Of a stretch of DNA of 64,000 nt, positions 1-11,029 are shown one piece after another. The position numbers and the translations under genes were made by a program. This DNA comes from Hemiscyllium ocellatum (taxonomy: Eukaryota), in NCBI RefSeq assembly GCF_020745735.1, contig NC_083435.1, positions 36,357,090 to 36,421,089 of the forward strand, given 5' to 3'. The notes beneath the pieces were generated by a model. That model was given only the letters and a program-made list of their open reading frames with translations, was not told where the DNA came from and did no database searches. The first letter of the stretch is position 1, and the number at the start of each line of letters is the position of its first letter.

Positions 1-1357
1 GTTCAGGGGTGCTGGGGCGTGCGCCAAGTCTTGGGAGGAGCGTATCAGCAAAGTGAGGCAGAAACTGGGCAGATGGAAGCTACGGTCGCTCTCCATCACG
101 GGAAAAAATCCTGGTCAACAGGTGTGAGGCACTGTCATTGCTGTTGTACGTGGCACAGGTCTGGCCTATTCCCAGAACCTGTGCCGCTGCAGTCACCCGG
201 GCCATCTTCCAGGTTATATGGAGTTCAAAGATGGACCGGGTCCGAAGGGACTCGCTGTACAAAGATCTGGGCAACGGGGGAAAAAATACACCCAATACCA
301 CCCTCCCCCTTATGGGCACCTTTGTGTGTGGCTGCATCAAGCTGTGCGTGGATCCCCGGTACGCAAACACCAAGTATCACTGCGTACTGATGGTCTACCT
401 GTCCCCAGTGTTGCGAAGGATGGGCCTGGCCTCGCTGCCGCGGAATGCTCCGAGTAGTTGGACCGTTCCGTATCACCTGTCCTTTGTGGAGAAATTTTTG
501 AAGAAAAACATCTTTGACCACAAGTCCATCAGGAAGTGGTCAGCACGTAGCATCCTCAAGACCCTTCGGGAAAAGGAAAGGGCGGAGCCTGTTGAGTGGT
601 TCCCTGAGCAGACTGTCAAAGCAATTTGGCCGAATGCCTCATCGACAGAACTTGCCAACAAGCACCAAGACATGGCTTGGCTGGTGGTGAGAAGGGCTCT
701 GCCTGTGAGATCCTTTATGCACGCCCGGACTCTCAGCCGCACCGCACGCTGCCCTCGAAGCGGCTGCGGGGGGGACGAGACTGTCACACACCTCCTTCTG
801 GAATGTGCCTATGCAGAAGAAGTCTGGAGAGGAATGCAGTGGTATTTGTCGAGGTTCGTCCCGAACAGCGCTGTGACGCGGGACTCCGTGCTCTACGGCC
901 TGTTCCCGGGACGCACACCGAGACGAACATCAACTGTGTCTGGAGGATCATCAACTCGGTGAAGGACGCTCTCTGTGTGGTCCAAAACCTGTTGATCTTC
1001 CAGTTGAAGGAGTTGACTCCGACTGAGTGTTGCAGACTGGCATATTCCAAGGTCCGGGACTACGTGTTGAGGGACGCGCTGAAGCTCGGGGCAGCTGCCG
1101 CCAAGGCGCGGTGGGGAAAGACCACCGTGTAACATCTGCCTGTCGAAAGAAAAGCAGGGGGCCCATGCAGTCATTTGGGCTCTGCTGATGCCTCAGCTCA
1201 ATATATGAGTGAGAAATGCACAGATCTGTATGTAATAATGATAATTCTGAGCTGTGTATGTAAATGTGGAAATATGCATGGCATTACCTAATGTACAGTG
1301 TATCAAATTATTTTATGAATATTATACAAATAAAGTATATTTTTGAAATAAAAAAAA
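1..1357 (+). mobile_element. Tx1-clade (L1-like) non-LTR retrotransposon, 3' end: ORF2 C-terminus (frameshifted), 3' UTR and poly-A tail
   Basis: ORFs 138-962 and 626-1132 give TRAIFQVIWSSKMDRV...ARCPRSGCGGDETVTHLLLEC...WRIINSVKDALCVVQNLLIFQ, the Cys/His zinc-knuckle C-terminus typical of Tx1 ORF2. The AT-rich UTR ends in GAAATAAAAAAAA (1345-1357). Confidence 0.88.
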
Positions 1358-1358
1358 T

Positions 1359-1486
1359 GGTGGTTCTCCCAGGACGAGGCTATCCCATTGCACTTTGGGT
1401 GTGCTGACGCCTGCGATGTCCCCACATGTGGGATACTCGACTGCAAAGTTTGTGGTAGTGGGGGACTGCGTTCGCGCTATCCCCTG
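1359..1486 (+). ncRNA. RNU1: U1 snRNA gene/variant lacking about the first 36 nt (interrupted by the Tx1 element)
   Basis: GGTGGTTCTCCCAGGACGAGGCTATCCCATTGCAC...GACTGCAAAGTTTGTGGTAGTGGGGGACTGCGTTCGCGCTATCCCCTG aligns by eye to canonical U1 nt ~37-164. It includes the U1A loop ATTGCAC, an Sm-site-like TTTGTGG and the terminal stem-loop IV. Confidence 0.93.
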
Positions 1487-1506
1487 ATTTACCAGCAAAA
1501 AGCAGA
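1487..1506 (+). promoter_or_regulatory. Putative snRNA 3' box
   Basis: ATTTACCAGCAAAAAGCAGA directly follows the U1 3' end. AAAAAGCAGA fits the AAARNNAGA part of the 3'-box consensus; the GTTT part is poor. Confidence 0.5.
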
Positions 1507-1715
1507 TCTTTCAGTAGATGGCGCTCACTTGTGCTTCATACGGCTTCCTATCTCCCGCGCACCGACGTTCAATTCAGTTTCACCCAAATCGGCAGATAAT
1601 GCCGCACGTCTTACTTCATCCTGCAATAAACCGCGGTGTTCAAAGCTTTTCATAAGAGGACCAAGCCCTTCAAATAACCAAATCTGCGCCCGCATTTGCT
1701 CCATTTCCCTCTATT

Positions 1716-2004
1716 AGTGGTTAGCACTGCTGCCTCACAGCGCCTGAGACCTGGGTTCAGTTCCCGACTCAGGCGACTGACTGTGTGGAGTTTGCACATT
1801 CTCCCCGTGTCTGTGTGGGTTTCCTCCGGGTGCTCCGGTTTCCTCCCACAGTCCAAAGATGTGCGGGTCAGGTGAATTGGCCATGCTAAATTGCCCGTGG
1901 TGTTGGGTAAGGGATAAATGTAGGGGCATGGGTGGGTTGTGCTTCGGCGGGCCGGTGTGGACTTGGGCCAAAGGGCCTGTTTCCACACTGTAAGTAATCT
2001 AATC
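1716..2004 (+). mobile_element. tRNA-derived V-SINE (shark HE1-like)
   Basis: A-box-like TGGTTAG, B-box-like GGTTCAGTTCC, V-domain TGTGTGGAGTTTGCACATTCTCCCCGTG, and a CR1-derived tail GGGCCTGTTTCCACACTGTAAGTAATCTAATC. Confidence 0.85.
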
Positions 2005-2109
2005 CACTGCCTATCTCTTCCAGTATTGCTCAAAGTGCCTCTTTCAACAATTTATTCGACAGATTATATTCAGCTCTGTCCACTGATTCTTCACCACCAG
2101 CTCCAGGTA

Positions 2110-4028
2110 AAAGGAGAGGTAACTGGGAGCAGCGATCCTGTGACAGCCCTGCTGTCAGATGGAGAACTGGACGGTGCGGACCCTGGGCTAGACACAAAGA
2201 CACCAGAGCGGGGAAATGGCTTCAGCGTGGAGCCGGACAGCTACCTCAGCCCTGGGATGGTCCAGCAGTTTGCCGTCACCACGGGGATACACACAGCTAC
2301 CCCAGAGGGTCAAGACCAGCAGCAAATGGACACTGTTAACCTCGTAAACTGTTAAAATGGGGTTTAAAATTGCCAGCATCAATGTGCGTAGCATCAAATC
2401 GGCTACGCGATGGGTTTCAACGATGGCCTTCCTGGCCAGCGTTAAAGCCGATACCGCACGTCAGCAGCTACAGGAGATGGTCGAGCTTGTGGGCCCATGG
2501 GCAGTCAGTTTGGTCGGGGGGACACGACAGCCGCGTCTCTGGCCTGGGTATCCTGTTGCGAGGAGAAAGTAAGATCTGCAGATGCTGGAGATCAGAGCTG
2601 AAAATGTGTTGCTGGAAAAGCACAGCAGGTCAGGCAGCATCCAAGGAACAGGAGAATCGACGTTTTGGGTATAAGCCTCATTCCTGAAGAAGGGCTGATG
2701 CCCGAAACGTCGAATCTCCTGCTCCTTGGATGCTGCCTGACCTGCTGCGCTTTTCCAGTAACACATTTTCAGCTCCATCCTGTTGCAAGGAAGCAACTTC
2801 ACCATCTCCGAGGTTAAGGAGGTGGTGTGCGGGCGCCTCCTCGTCGCTGACGTTATGTACAGGAATGCTCCCCTGAGACTGATCAATGTGTACGCCCCAG
2901 TGGGTAAGAGGGAACGGTTGGCCGTCCTGCAGCAGCTTCCACTGTTGCTGGCTACGTCCAGGCCGGTCATTCTGGCCAGAGACTTCAACTGTATCATTGA
3001 TGCAGATGGACGATCCGGCGGGGGGGGACAGTAAACTGGACGCCACGTCCAGAGCCCTGATGGACACGGTAAAAGATGCCAAGCTGCACGATGTCTTCAG
3101 CTCCCCTGCAGACGGAGCGCAGCGTAGATACACCTGGTCACGGGCAGACGGGTCTATCCGCTCAAGGATAGATTACCTGTTTGTGTCCCGAACGCTCTCG
3201 GTCAGATCCACCGATGTCAAGCCGGTGTTCTTCTCTGACCACTGCCTCCTGCTGGCTGACTGTCACCTACAGGACGAGCAGCGGGCGGGTAAGGGAACGT
3301 GGAAGCTGAACACTAAGCTGTTGACCCCGGGAAACATTGAGGAGCTCAAGAGGGACTACGCAGGTTGGAGAACCGTGAAGCCCCTCTTTGAGTCCCCAGT
3401 GGACTGGTGGGAAACAGTTAAAGGGAACATCAAGAGGTTCTTCATCCTCAAAGGTGTTCAGGAGGCGAGAGAGAGGCGGGGAAAACTGTCCCAGCTCCAG
3501 GAAAGTATGCAGAACCTGCTCCTGCTGCAGACAATGTGGGTCGATGTCATGGAGGACCTCAAGGAGGTGAAGGGCCAGCAAGCCTCGCTCTTTGCCTCGG
3601 AGGCCTCCAAGATAATCTTCCAGTCCAGGGTCCGCTCGGTGGAGCAGGACGAGACGTGCTCACGATTCTTCTTCCAGAAAGTGCACAAAGAGAGCTCTGT
3701 GCTCAGCAGCCTGAAGGAAGAAGACGGCTCGATAATGTCATCTCAGGCTGACGTCATGAGGATCAGTAAATCCTTCTATGCCAGTCAGTATGACCCGAAG
3801 CCGACTGACAGCGCAGCCTCCCAGTCGTTCCTGTCCTCTATGATGGAGGTCTTAGACGACAGAACACACGAGAGGCTGGACCAGCCGCTATCTCTGGACG
3901 AGCTGACCAAGGCCCTCGAGTCCTTCGAAAAGAATAAAACTCCTGGAAGCGATGGCTTACCGGTCGAGCTCTATCCCGCTCTGTGGGACTTGATTGGCCA
4001 GGACCTGCTGGAGGTGTATGTCAGTATG
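2110..4028 (+). mobile_element. Tx1-clade LINE fragment: ORF1 3' end, then ORF2 APE endonuclease and start of RT, truncated at ~4028
   Basis: ORF1 stop TAA (2353-2355) is followed by the ORF2 ATG at 2357: MGFKIASINVRSIKS...LINVYAP...DFNC...RSRIDYLF...FSDH...GKGTWKLN...NKTPGSDGLPVELY. It is split by the insert at 2565-2776. The 5' boundary is approximate. Confidence 0.88.
2565..2776. mobile_element. Non-autonomous Penelope-derived inverted-repeat insert with hammerhead core, 15-bp TSD
   Basis: The arm GAGCTGAAAATGTGTTGC...TCGACGTTT pairs with AAACGTCGA...ACACATTTTCAGCTC. Hammerhead core CTGAAGA-A-GGGC-TGAT-GCCC-GAAAC at 2684-2708. TSD ATCCTGTTGC(G/A)AGGA at 2550-2564 and 2777-2791. Confidence 0.8.
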
Positions 4029-4031
4029 TCA

Positions 4032-4670
4032 GTGAGTTATCATTGATCAGAAACTCAGTTGGACTCACCACATAAATGCAGTGTCTACAAGAGCAGGTCA
4101 GAGGCTGGGGATACTGCAGTGAGTAACTCGTCTCCTGATTTCCCAATGCCTGTCCACAAACAACAAGACACAGGTCAGGAATGTGATGGAATACTCCCTG
4201 CTTGCCTGGATGTGTACAGCCATCTCAACACTGAAGAAGCTTGACACCATCCAGGACCTAGCAACCCAACTGATTGGCACTGCATCCACCAACATCCAGT
4301 CCCTCCATCACTGACACTCAGTTACAACAGTGTTTGCTATCTACAGAAATTCATCAAAGATCCTTAAACAGTGCCTTCCAAACCCACAACCACCTCCATC
4401 TGGAAGGTCAAGGTCAGCAGATATATGGGAACACCACCACCTTCATGTTCCCCTCCAAGCCACTCACCATCCTGACTCGGAAATATATCACCATTCCTTC
4501 ACTGTCGCTGGTCAAAAGCCTGGATTTCCCTCCCTCATGGCATTGTGGGTCAAACCACAGGAGGTAGACTGCAGCAGTTCAGGAAGGCAGATCACCACCA
4601 CCTTCTCAAGGGCAACTAGGGACGGGTAATAAATGCTGGCCAGTCAGAGACACCCACATCCTACAAAAAC
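4032..4670 (+). mobile_element. CR1/L2-group LINE 3' fragment (abrupt 5' junction)
   Basis: Contains ...QVRSVMEYS.LAW-like coding remnant and the 3' UTR CCCTCCAAGCCACTCACCATCC...CACCACCTTCTCAAGGGCAACTAGGGACGGGTAATAAATGCTGG. The same element continues upstream in copy B (28330-30620). A related 3' UTR piece is at ~4940-5170. Confidence 0.75.
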
Positions 4671-5366
4671 TGAATCAATACAAAAACTGGGGGAGGGGTG
4701 ATACATGGTTATTGTCTCTGGAGCAGGAACCCAGTGACCAAAGTATCATTCCAGAATGAGAAGCCTCTTTCTCCTCCAGGGAGTTGTTCAATTTTCACAC
4801 CTGGATGTGACAGGACAGCAGAGCTTCGATCTTATCTATCAACTGTGGAATCACTAAGTTCTGACTCTGCTCCCTCTGCTGTTTACTGCACGATCAGTCC
4901 TGATCTGTCACTTCACTGACCAACACAATCGCTTACAAGTTCCCCTCCAAGCCACTCACCATCCTGACTTGGAAATATATTGCACTTCCTTCACTGTCAC
5001 TGGGTCAAAATCCTGGAATTCCCTCCCTAATGACATTGTGGGTCTCCCACCACCACATGAACTGCTGATGTTCAGGAAGGTACCTCACCCCCACCTTCTC
5101 AAGGACAGTTAGGGATGGGAAATAAATTCCAGCAGCCAGTGATTTCCACGTCTCTCCACTGAATAAAAAAGACATCATTTTTCATCTCTGCCTGCTCCTG
5201 CTCCTGTGATCCCTCCCACATTCCTCATTGAACTGGGATTGGTCCCCTGGCTTGTTGGTAATGAGAGACTGGGGGTTGGGTTGAGCCATGAGGTGACAGT
5301 TTGAATTGGATGGCAGTTCTGCTGGTGTTGATGACCCACAGGACCTCATGGACACACAGTCTTCAT

Positions 5367-5648
5367 AGTTTGGGAGAAGATTTGTAGCTCGGGTGCTCAT
5401 TGTTGTGGTTCTGTTCGCCGAGCTGGGAGTATGTGTCGCAAACGTTTCGTCCCCTTTCTAGGAGACATCCTCAGTGCGTGGGAGCCTCCTGTGACAACCG
5501 GAAGCGGCAGAGACAAGCCACTATAAATGCCGAAGGAAACATGACAGAAGCGCTTCACAGGAGGCACCCAAGCACTGAGGATGTCACCTAGAAAGGGGAC
5601 GAAATGTTTGCAACACAAACTCCCAGCTCGGCAAACAGAACCACAACA
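5367..5648. mobile_element. Penelope-derived inverted-repeat (pLTR-like) insert with hammerhead core, ~11-bp TSD
   Basis: GTTGTGGTTCTGTTCGCCGAGCTGGGAG...CCTCCTGTGA pairs with TCACAGGAGG...CTCCCAGCTCGGCAAACAGAACCACAAC. Core CTGAGGA-T-GTC...GAC-GAAA at 5575-5604. TSD ACAGTCTTCAT at 5356-5366 and 5649-5659. Confidence 0.72.
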
Positions 5649-6221
5649 ACAGTCTTCATCTGCTCGACCTGTTCACATCCCTCAGGAGGGGAGTGGGATG
5701 GGGGTGTGCCATGAGGTTTAATGGGGAAATGTCTTCTCACAAGATGGTTATTGGTAGGAGCAGGGTGCAGTGAACAGGCTGTATCCACCCCCCACCCCCC
5801 GCCCACACTGGGCTGTCTGCACCTGCCTTTCACCATCAACCCCCCCCCAACCTCTCCCCACACACACACTGGGTTCTCTGTACCTGACTCTCACCATCAA
5901 TCCCCCCCTCCCCAACCAATCTCAGATTTCCCGTTTCCAGACTGTTTAATGTTTTATAAATCCCAGCAGGTGCTTCCTTTCCTGGTAGAATAGCCCAATT
6001 CTCTTTGCCACCTGACCCAGAACCTTGACCCTGGGGGTGAGCCTGGGTGTTTCTCTCTCTGCACTCCCCACTTCCACACTCCCCCCTCCCCCAGGGTCGG
6101 AGTGTCTCCCCTGTGACTGTGTCCTGAATTAGACTCAGTACCAGGAAGAACACCAGGGTCCATGGGATTACCAGCCAGCCCAGGGTTAGCAGTGACTGAT
6201 ACTGACCTGTGACCCATGACC

Positions 6222-6575
6222 CAGGGTGACACCATGCCTCAGTGCTTAGCATTCCTGCCTCATAGCACTAGGGACCTGAGTTTGATTCCAGCCTTGGGTG
6301 ACTGTCTGTGTGGAGTTTCCCTGAATCTGCATGGGGTTCCTCCGGGTGCTCCAGTTTCCTGCCACAGTCGAACAGGTGCACCTTGGGTAGATTGGTCATG
6401 TTCAGTTGCCCACAGTGTCCAGGGATGTGCATGTGGATTAGCTATGGAACATGCAGGGTTACGGGATTGAATAGAGGGGAGGGTCTGGGTGGGATACTCT
6501 TGAGGGGGTCGGTATCGACTCAATGGGCTGAATGGCCTGTTTCCACACTGTAGGGATTCTATGATTCATGAATGG
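6222..6575 (+). mobile_element. V-SINE
   Basis: CCTCAGTGCTTAGC...GTTTGATTCC...TGTGTGGAGTTT...GGCCTGTTTCCACACTGTAGGGATTCTATGATT. The related sequence at ~7590-7760 lacks this insertion. Confidence 0.8.
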
Positions 6576-6629
6576 TCTTTAATCTCCCAGTTCCCAGAGA
6601 GAGAATGGAAAGCTGAATTCTGTACTCAT

Positions 6630-6681
6630 CGGGAGGGACTCAGGGAAAACACAGGGAGGGAAAGGAAAAGATCAGCAACAT
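6630..6681 (-). pseudogene. Orphan, inverted class I leader-exon relic (in-frame stop, no GT donor)
   Basis: The minus strand reads TTCCCAGA-ATGTTGCTGATCTTTTCCTTTCCCTCCCTGTGTTTTCCCTGAGTCCCTCCCG-ATGAGTACAGAATTCAGCTTTCCATTCTCTC, homologous to the leaders at 16517 and 42490 and their flanks. Confidence 0.7.
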
Positions 6682-9531
6682 TCTGGGAATACACTGTCTC
6701 TATTCCAATCAGAGACTGGGAATTAAACACTCTGAGGGGAAACAGCTTCTGTTTACAAACAGGAAAAACCAGTAATACAACAATCTTTGGAGACTGCACC
6801 CTATTTGGTGAGAAATTTGATCCATTGTTTGATGTGAAGCTGCAGAAGCAGAAAAATGGAACAAATGCAAAGCGATGACCCGGTCCCAGTGACGGGGAAG
6901 CTCCAGCACAGCCAGGCTGAGGTTCAGGCTCTGAGCCAGGAAGGCTGGGGCTGAGAAGAGGCCTCCTCTCCCCCACCAGCTCAGGAACATCAGGACAGCA
7001 CTAGGACCCTGGGATCCCCCTCTCACAGTAAACATATGGCTCAGTCCTTCCAACTGGGGGAGGAGACGGTACATCGGGATTGTCCCTGGAGCAGGAATCC
7101 AGCAACCCAAGTGGAACCTCCTCCTCCTACATTGAGTTGTTGAATGACCATGACTGGATGTGGTAGGACAGCAGATCTGATCTGTTGGTTGTGGAATCAC
7201 TGAGCTCTGTCTCTGCTGCTCCTGTTATTTACTGCACACCTCGGCCTGTTCTGTAGCTTCACCGTGGATCACCATCATCTGCAAGTTCCCTCAAAGCCAC
7301 TCACCATCCTTACCATCCATTCCTTCACTGTCACTGGCTCCAAATCTTGGAATTCCCTCCCTCCCTAATGACATTGTGGGTCTGCCTCCAGCACATGGAA
7401 TGTTCCATGAGGTTCACTGGGGAGATGGGTTCTCCCATGACTGCAGGGAACCAGCTGAATCTCCATGCTGGATTCTCTGTACCAGACTCTCACCATCAAC
7501 TCCCATACTGGATCCTCTGGAACTAAACGTCCCACACCACTCTCTGTCATTAATCCACTTCATGAAGCCCCCACACCACACTCTTCGTTTCTCTCTCTGC
7601 ACTCCCCTCCCTCCCCCAGGGTCGGAGTGTCTCCCCTGTGACTGTGCCCTGAATTAGACTCAGTACCAGGAAGAACACCAGGGTCCATGGGATTCCCAGC
7701 CAGCCCAGGGTTAGCAGTGACTGATACTGACCTGTGACCCATGAATGGCCTTAACTCTTCCAGGTCACATTGAACTGACCCTCAACAACTGCTGATACGA
7801 GGACCCACAAGCTGCTGAGTGAATGAATTCAACCTTTCTTGGGGAATCATGAAAAATGAACTCAGTCATCAACGGACAATTATTTATTGATGACCAACTC
7901 CAATTGTCAGGGTTTATAGTCAGTTTAATGATATATACAGGAAAAGATTATTTTCCCAAATGTATATTTGCTTTCTAAAAATTGTGAAAAATTCCATATT
8001 GGATCCAATTTACATGACACATCCTTTCAGTGCAGTCTGCGGCTCTCTGAGCTGCCTCACTACATTTATAATTGTCGGTTATATTTTACAATATACACAT
8101 CACGTTAATCAGACAGCTCACTCAAGGGGTTTTATAAGGCCATCAATCTCTTCCTGTACTGTGGTGGGAGGGCTGCAGACAAAGTCCTTGCCTCTTTCAG
8201 CATCTATGGGACTCTCAGTCCTGATTCGTTTTGTATGTGGTTTCCTTCTGTATCCTTGGAAGAGTTTCTGTGGAACACTGACTCCCACAATCTCTCAAAA
8301 AAACATTGGAACGTGAAATCCCTTTCCATGAAATGCCCCATTCTGGGTCTCACATATTATTGGTGGGTGGGGTTAGGCTCTGAAAGGGTTAATGCTGAGG
8401 AGTACATGAAGCACTGCCCAATATGATGATGTCACATGGACTTGGGTGAAGGGATCAGATGTGGATGTTGAAGGGGTGAGACCCTACATGGATATCTCCC
8501 TCATCGTCTTTAAAACAATGTTCCCCCCACCCCCCACCCCCCACACCAGTGTATCCTGGACCGAGCTGTTACCATGAAGTAAACTCAGTCCTGTTTAAAA
8601 CAAGAACCTGTTCTCATTAGCTTCTCATGTGGTTTTCCTCAACTAACCACTTGACCAACTAGGTCCTGGAGATTCCAACCAGGAAAGAGGATGGTCATAT
8701 TTAATCTCTCAGGTGGAACTGGAGGAGCTGTGGGGAGGATCCATCTTACCTTACGTGTCTGAAAGGTCAATGGTTCATGATGTCAATCCCTTCAAACAGC
8801 CGTGTCAGTGCTCTTGAAGAGCTCGAGGTTAATGAGGTCTGGAACCACTCTGTGATAGACTGGAATTTTACCTTCCTAACATCTCAATCATTGCACAATG
8901 AAGGACCAACGCCATCCAGATAATGAACCATCACTGGATATCTTTATCTAACACTGTATCTATATCAGGTTGTGTATGTCTCTGTCCATCAGTGTGTTGT
9001 GTGTGGGTACACACAGATGTCTCTGACTTTGTATCTATCCCTGTGTGTGTACATCTCTATACACTCCTGAGTGAACTGTGTATGAGTGCACACTGACATA
9101 CCTAACGCTGATCTATATCTGTCCGTCTCCCTTTCGTTACCTGCCTTTTCTCTCTCACTCTGTGCAATCCATCTACTGACAGGGTCCTGCTCTCTGTCTG
9201 TGAAATGTGGATCATGTATACAGACCACATTATGGTCTGGAATCACTTTCCCCTGAGCTACCTGACACTGCCAATGGAGACCAGGTGGTTAAACAAGATC
9301 CTGACACTAAAGTCCATCTAAAAGCTGAGCTACCAGCTATCGATGCTCTGACTATGAATCACGGTGACAATGTTCAGCTCATGTGGTTCCAGTGTCTGAG
9401 GATCCAATCCTGAAGATGGTCTTTTCTGGGTAATTTCAGAGTGAACAGTAAAATTAAAATGTCTGTTTACAAGTGACTGACACAAAGCAACACAGACCTC
9501 TGTCATTGGGAACAAGTAGTTGAAGATGAGA

Positions 9532-9838
9532 CAGATTAGATTACTTACAGTGTGGAAACAGGCCCTCCGGCCCAACAAGTCCGCACCGACCTGCCGAAGC
9601 ATATACCACCCAGACCCATACTCCTACATTACCCCTTCACCTAACACTACGGGCAATTTAGCATGGCCAATTCACCTAACCTGCACATTTTTGGATTGTG
9701 GGAGGAAACCAGAGCACCCGGAGGAAACCCTCGCAGACACAGGGAGGATGTACAAACTCCACACAGATAGTGGGAATTGAACCCGGGTCTCTGGTGCTGT
9801 GAGTCAACAGTGCTAACCACTGTCCCACCATGCCGCCT
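9532..9838 (-). mobile_element. V-SINE
   Basis: Reverse complement of the 1716-2004 family: GATTAGATTACTTACAGTGTGGAAACAGGCCC...GTGCTAACCACTGT. Confidence 0.85.
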
Positions 9839-9924
9839 ATTCTGGCCTGGTGGATCTCGGATCCACTGTTCAATTTGTGGATGCACATTCTCAAGAAAAA
9901 TCTATCTCAATCCTTTCAAAAAAA

Positions 9925-10741
9925 ACAGTTATAGAGTCATGGAGATGTACAGCACAGAAACAGACAGTTAGGTCCAACACATCCATGCCGACCAGTTATC
10001 TCAAGTCATCCAGTCCCACTTGCCAGCACCCAGCCCATATCCCTCCAAATCCTTCCGATTCATTTAACCTTCCAGATACCTTTTAAATGCAATTGTACCA
10101 GCCTCCACACTTTCTCCACCAGCTCATTCCATGCACGTAACACACTCCATGTGAAAATGTTGCCCTTGAGGTCTCTTTTATGTCTTTCCCCTCTCATCCA
10201 CAACCTATGCCCTCTAGTTCTGGACTCCTCTACTCCAGGGAAAATATTTTGTTTTATCCTATCCATGCCCCTCATGATTTTATCAACCCCTCAGGACACC
10301 CCTCAGCCTCTGACGCTCCAGGATTATCACCCCAGCCTATTCAGCCTCTCCCTATAGCTCAAATCATCCAACCCTGGCAACATGCTTATAAATATTTCCT
10401 GAAGCCATTCAAGTTTCACAACATCTTTCTGAAAGGAAGGAGACCAGAATTGCATGCAATGTTGCTAAACTGGCCTAACCACTGTCCTGTACAGCCGCAA
10501 CATGACCTCCCAACTCCTGGACTCTGACCAATAAAGGAAAGCATACCAAACGCTTTCTTTACTTTCCTATCTACCTGCAACTCTACTTTCAAGAAGCTAT
10601 GAACCTGCACTCCAAGGTCTCTTTGTTCAGCAACACTCCCTAGGACCTTACCATTCAGGTATAAGTCCTGCTAAGATTTGCTTTCCCAAAATGCAGTACC
10701 TCACATTTCTCTGAATTAAACTCCATCTGCTACTCCTCAGC
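9925..10741 (-). mobile_element. CR1 LINE 3' fragment
   Basis: Minus-strand remnants: KCEVLHFGK, KVDRKVKKAFGMLSFI, YRTVVRP..FSNIA, NIFPGVEESRTRGHRL. Confidence 0.8.
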
Positions 10742-10968
10742 CCTCTTTTTGTCGATTGTATGGAAAGCTCCCCATTACCCTTTCCTTTCACAGTTTATGG
10801 GGCCATCTGTCCAATGATCTGCCTGAAGAACATGACTTGGGTTTTTGTGATCTCACTGTTCACCAGGTTTAACACCAAGCACACCTTCTGAAGTTGATTG
10901 AATAATTCTGAGAGATACTCCAAATGATCCTTCCACATGTGTCTGAAAATGACAAGATCATCCAGTAC

Positions 10969-10994
10969 CTGATGAAGGAGCGGCGCTCCGAAAG
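10969..10994 (+). other. Hammerhead-ribozyme catalytic-core motif in a Penelope-type repeat end
   Basis: CTGATGA-A-GGAGC-GGC-GCTCC-GAAAG has a perfect 5-bp stem II. The copy in duplicate B is at 36930-36955. Stems I and III were not verified. Confidence 0.6.
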
Positions 10995-11029
10995 TGAGTG
11001 TGCTTTACACGCTGTCCAGCCAACTCGCC

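Noticed and set aside
8566-8584. RFX X-box-like GTTACCATGAAGTAAAC
   Set aside because: Only a half-site match, with no S or Y box at the right spacing and no nearby exon.
7780-9500. Non-repeat-looking stretch with minus-strand exon-like pieces (~9410-9335, 8875-8755, ~8260-8150), duplicated in copy B
   Set aside because: Stops occur in the plausible frames, there is no recognisable domain and the splice phases are inconsistent. It could be a decayed gene end but cannot be supported without a search.
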